From: Anthoceros angustus
Taxonomy: Eukaryota > Plantae > Anthocerotophyta
Length of the DNA stretch: 64,000 nt
NCBI GenBank assembly: GCA_010909165.1
Contig: VJWM01000063.1
Span: 558,001 to 622,000 of the forward strand
Reading direction: 5' to 3'
Below, piece after piece: positions 61,561 through 64,000 of the stretch. The stretch's first letter is position 1, and the number at the start of each line of letters is the position of its first letter. The notes beneath the pieces were generated by a model. It made no database searches. It saw only the letters and a program-made list of their open reading frames with translations, and had not been told where the DNA came from. The translations under genes and the position numbers were made by a program.

Positions 61561-62049
61561 TTTGGACCCTCTTCCATGAGCGCCAATCTAAAACACCAAT
61601 TCTTTTTCAGGATGATATGACCATTGTCATAGAGACCTACGACATACAATTAACTTTTGAAGACTTGATTGCACGGGCCCACTACGAGGCCACCCCGACC
61701 TACCGGTGGCGGACATGGAACTGGAGATAGAGTTAATGGTTAACTTGACAGATGTCTGAACATAGGGTGACAATACTAGGATATAGAAAGCCCGACATTG
61801 TGTTATCACCAGACAATCTCACCAAAACCAAGAAAATATAAACATCAAAGCTGGAACATCCAAGTGTCTCCACGGATACACTCGTGGGGACTAATTTGGG
61901 ACTCGCTTGGGTGGCTTTGAGAACCATAATCTAAAAGCGACTTCTAAGTTCGCATATATGCCACTTCTTGGTCGTCAAAATTATCGTTCCCACCCATGGC
62001 AACCCAGCATCTTCATTCTCTTCCTCTCACGGAATCATCAAAGGTTGGG

Positions 62050-64000
62050 GCCAAGGATGCCCACGGCATCAAAATGCCTGCTTTGTGGGCCCGGGTCTTT
62101 CAGCGATGGCGGTAGGGGCGCCTTCACAATCCGTGTCGTTGTAGGAAGAAGTCCGTTCCCAAGGGAATGATAGGCTCGTTTACAGCGTTTGTGATTCTTA
62201 CCGTCCTTAGCGCTCGTTCGGCCTCAACACACACATACTAACTACTCACAACGTTCACCGTCTGGGCCGGTATGGCCAAGCGTTTGAGACCCGTTCGGCG
62301 TCGTATCGTTCACATCCGTCCCTCACATCGGTCCTTTCCTCTCTCCCCTCGCTACACTCTTGGTCTTAGAAAAGGCCAGATTCTGATCGGACCTCCTCGT
62401 CGTTCATGGGCCTCTCCGTCCGGCTCTACCGCCCTCCGGAGTTCCTCCGGCTCACGTTCAGTCCGTTCGGTCGGCGCGGCTCGGGGCGAGCCGATCGATC
62501 ACCCTTCCACACACACACACAGCGTTAGTCGTCACACGGGACCTTGATCAATCTCCCGGGCTCGTGCACCTTTCGGTGACTCGGGACTCACGTTAGCAAG
62601 AAGACTCACAAAGGTGCAAAGCGGCATCAACACCAAGAGAAAGATGCTTTACTAGGCGACCTCGGCCCTCTTATCTGCGCCCAAGCGGCGTCTTTATTAC
62701 CCCTATTACGTGCTTCGGTATACCCTAATCGGCCCTACCATCCTCCCCTATCTCCTTGCCGGCATTTGGGAAGGTCACAGGCCCGCCTCGGAATGGGTGG
62801 TCAATCCCGTCACAGCGGTTGTGGTCGCAATCGGATGATCCGTGGCGGGCCTCCTCTCTCCGGAATCACAGCCGGGTTGGGCTCGTCGTCGACCCGCCGT
62901 TACCACGTCATCCTCCCTGGCCTCCCCAGGTCGCCGGTGGGGCCACCTATCTGCTCCCCTAGCGTAAGTCGAAGGGGCTCCTCCTTCTTGCCGATCCGGT
63001 CCTCGAGGTCTGTCTCGACTCACAGACTTGAGTCCGGCTTATTCACAGGTCGGCCCTGGGTCACCTTGTCTGCAGGTCCGGACCTCGGTCGGACTTATTA
63101 GGGGTCCGGACTTGAGTCGGACTTATTAGTCCGGACTTGAGTCCTCCCTCTGAGGTCCGGACAAAGTCGGACTCCACCAGGTTTCCTCCCTCAGGACTCC
63201 TCAGTGGCTCTCCTCGAAGTCCTCCATTTCCCGATCGCCCGGTGACTCCCGTTGGCCCCTCCTTCCATGGTGAGGTGCGGGGTGCTTACCTCGATCGCAT
63301 CCGCTCCCTCGTTACGCTCCTCTGCTCCTCTCCGCGCTCCGTCATCTCAAGCAGGGGCCACTAGGGTCCCTGTCTTTGTCCCGTGGCCTTCATCTCCTTA
63401 GGCCTTCCGGTCCGTCCGTTTGCGGTGAGGGTTCTCGGAGCTCGGCGTGGTAATAGGCAAAGTCAGATCGACTTGTTGAATTGCCTCTTCCACGTGTGCG
63501 GGCACCGATACTCCCTCGCCATAAGTGTTGAGGGCGTCTTTGCTCGGCTTGTTGGGCCACCTCTCCCCAGTTGGTGGGCCGGTATCGCGAGGCTACAAGG
63601 CGGCCTCGGTCACCTCCTGCATTGCCCTGTTGCTCCACTCCGGCTCCGTCGTTTCCTCTCCATTGCCGACTTACCGCCATAGCGCGGCGTTCCCTTCCTT
63701 TCTCGGTGGACGGCTTCTTTTGCTTCCGTGCTCGCGCTCCTCCGTTCATTACGGCCTTTAGCTCATGACTCCCTCTCCAGGGTCGGATACCTCCGTCAGG
63801 CTCCGGACTTCCTCCGGCTCATGCAGCAGCAGCGTCCAACTCCTTGGATAGTCGCCGATTTTCCTCCGTCTTGAGAAGGAGGCACTCTATTTCGTGCTCG
63901 AGTCGTGGATTCTCGTTGAGAATCACTGCTCAAGCGCATCTTGGGTTGTAGCTCAGGCGTGTCCTTCTTCCTCCATCTGCGCCTCTCCCTTCCTGCGGGT
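62050..64000 (-). mobile_element. Unclassified GC-rich repeat, diverged homologue of 45900-47960; runs off the right edge
   Basis: Shared exact blocks (24-mer at 62633-62656; cacgggaccttgatc at 62535-62549; ggccttcatctcc at 63385-63397); local gtccggac/gtcggact repeats at ~63075-63175. Confidence 0.55.

Overview
Eukaryotic nuclear DNA from a land plant or close streptophyte, judged from GT-AG introns of about 100 nt, GC-rich exons and plant-type gene families. The species cannot be determined from the sequence. The left 25.5 kb is a rearranged tandem array. A secreted amidase-signature (AS) gene and a Mn-dependent ADP-ribose/CDP-alcohol diphosphatase (ADPRM-like) gene lie tail-to-tail, and their 3' junction occurs four times. 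Two copies of a nest of degenerate non-LTR retroelements are interleaved with them. Further right are an ABCI17/STAR1-like ABC ATPase, an unassigned GC-rich ORF island, an isoflavone-reductase/PCBER-like reductase and Ty1/copia fragments. These are followed by an ~8.9 kb CACTA transposon with TIRs and a 3-bp TSD, two diverged inverted copies of an unclassified LTR-like repeat, a tubby-like 8 gene, an apparently intronless NAD(P)HX epimerase-pyridox(am)ine 5'-phosphate oxidase fusion gene and a VIN3-like PHD-FNIII-VID gene. Many 1-4 nt indels, often in homopolymers, suggest an imperfectly polished long-read assembly, so frameshifts and the large duplication need read-level confirmation. No rRNA, tRNA or CRISPR array was found. 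All family assignments come from motif recognition by eye; no database search was run. No single clear-cut novel system was found. The most unusual observations are the reciprocally decaying amidase/ADPRM pair, a 1.9 kb block swapped in via 10/11-bp microhomologies, a 3 kb inversion bounded by a 26-bp inverted repeat, the intronless PPOX fusion, and a 17-aa repeat insert in the VIN3-like protein.
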